DNA of 64,000 nucleotides from Eledone cirrhosa (lineage: Eukaryota): positions 10,850,001 to 10,914,000 of the forward strand of contig OZ024745.1 of the NCBI GenBank assembly GCA_964016885.1, written 5' to 3'. How positions within the stretch are numbered: the stretch's first letter is position 1; each line of letters begins with the position of its first letter. The position numbers were made by a program, and so were the translations under genes. Under the pieces are notes generated by a model. It was not told where the DNA came from, ran no database searches, and saw nothing but the letters and a program-made list of their open reading frames with translations. Shown one piece after another: positions 62,501 to 64,000 of the stretch.

Positions 62501-64000
62501 AGTTGGTCCTACGATGCCCCAGACTCTACTCCCATGTTGCTCCAGCTGGTCCTACGATGCCCCAGACTATACTCCCATGTTGCTCCAGCTGGTCCTACGA
62601 TGCCCCAGACTCTACTCCCATGTTGCTCCAGCTGGTCCTACGATTCCCCAGACTCTACTCCCATGTTGCTCCAGCTGGTCCTACGATTCCCCAGACTCTA
62701 CTCCCATGTTGCTCCAGCTGGTCCTACGATTCCCCAGACTCTACTCACATGTTGCTCCAGTTGGTCCTACGATTCCCCAGACTCTACTCCCATGTTGCTC
62801 CAGCTGGTCCTACGATTCCCCAGACTCTACTCCCATGTTGCTCCAGCTGGTCCTACGATTCCCCAGACTCTACTCACATGTTGCTCCAGTTGGTCCTACG
62901 ATTCCCCAGACTCTACTCCCATGTTGCTCCAGCTGGTCCTACGATTCCCCAGACTCTACTCACATGTTGCTCCAGTTGGTCCTACGATTCCCCAGACTCT
63001 ACTCCCATGTTGCTCCAGTTGGTCCTACGATGCCCCAGACCCTACTCCCATGTTGCTCCAGCTGGTCCTACGATTCCCCAGACTCTACTCCCATGTTGCT
63101 CCAGCTGGTCCTACGATGCCCCAGACTCTACTCACATGTTGCTCCAGTTGGTCCTACGATTCCCCAGACTCTACTCCCATGTTGCTCCAGCTGGTCCTAC
63201 GATTCCCCAGACTCTACTCCCATGTTGCTCCAGCTGGTCCTACGATTCCCCAGACTCTACTCACATGTTGCTCCAGCTGGTCCTACGATTCCCCAGACTC
63301 TACTCCCATGTTGCTCCAGCTGGTCCTACGATTCCCCAGACTCTACTCACATGTTGCTCCAGTTGGTCCTACGATTCCCCAGACTCTACTCCCATGTTGC
63401 TCCAGCTGGTCCTACGATTCCCCAGACTCTACTCCCATGTTGCTCCAGTTGGTCCTACGATGCCCCAGACCCTACTCCCATGTTGCTCCAGCTGGTCCTA
63501 CGATGCCCCAGACTCTACTCCCATGTTGCTCCAGCTGGTCCTACGATTCCCCAGACTCTACTCCCATGTTGCTCCAGTTGGTCCTACGATGCCCCAGACC
63601 CTACTCCCATGTTGCTCCAGCTGGTTCTACGATGCCCCAGACTCTACTCCCATGTTGCTCCAGTTGGTCCTACGATGCCCCAGACCCTACTCCCATGTTG
63701 CTCCAGCTGGTCCTACGATGCCCCAGACTCTACTCCCATGTTGCTCCAGCTGGTCCTACGATTCCCCAGACTCTACTCCCATGTTGCTCCAGTTGGTCCT
63801 ACGATGCCCCAGACCCTACTCCCATGTTGCTCCAGCTGGTCCTACGATGCCCCAGACTCTACTCCCATGTTGCTCCAGCTGGTCCTACGATTCCCCAGAC
63901 TCTACTCCCATGTTGCTCCAGTTGGTCCTACGATGCCCCAGACCCTACTCCCATGTTGCTCCAGCTGGTCCTACGATGCCCCAGACTCTACTCCCATGTT
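59509..64000. repeat. 43-bp tandem repeat, at least 104 units, running off the window end
   Basis: Consensus CCCATGTTGCTCCAGCTGGTCCTACGATGCCCCAGAC(T/C)CTACT, head-to-tail. Confidence 0.99.

Overview
Eukaryotic, gene-poor and repeat-saturated DNA. The SINE families and the dense (TA)n/(CA)n/(TATG)n microsatellites suggest an octopus/cephalopod genome (inference). I could not support any intact host protein-coding gene, and nearly all listed ORFs are microsatellite or tandem-repeat read-through. Layout: (1) 1-17 kb is a mosaic of decayed TEs: R4/Dong-like RLE LINEs, CR1, RTE, a Penelope-like RT+GIY-YIG element, tRNA-derived CORE-type and Nin/Deu-type SINEs, and mariner/pogo/hAT ends. (2) 17.0-53.4 kb is a ~36 kb array of ~660 copies of a 55-bp unit. 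It appears to have been amplified in place from a decayed L1/Tx1-like ORF2 fragment and records nested block duplications of 18, 19, 46, 71 and 133 units. (3) 53.4-59.5 kb is a second TE/microsatellite mosaic. (4) 59.5 kb to the end is a 43-bp tandem array. The most notable unannotated signal is a set of type I hammerhead-ribozyme-like motifs, many inside short palindromes next to (TA)n tracts. One 342-bp palindrome (55552-55893) encodes an apparently intact hammerhead on each strand. All structures were read by eye, with no folding or database searches.
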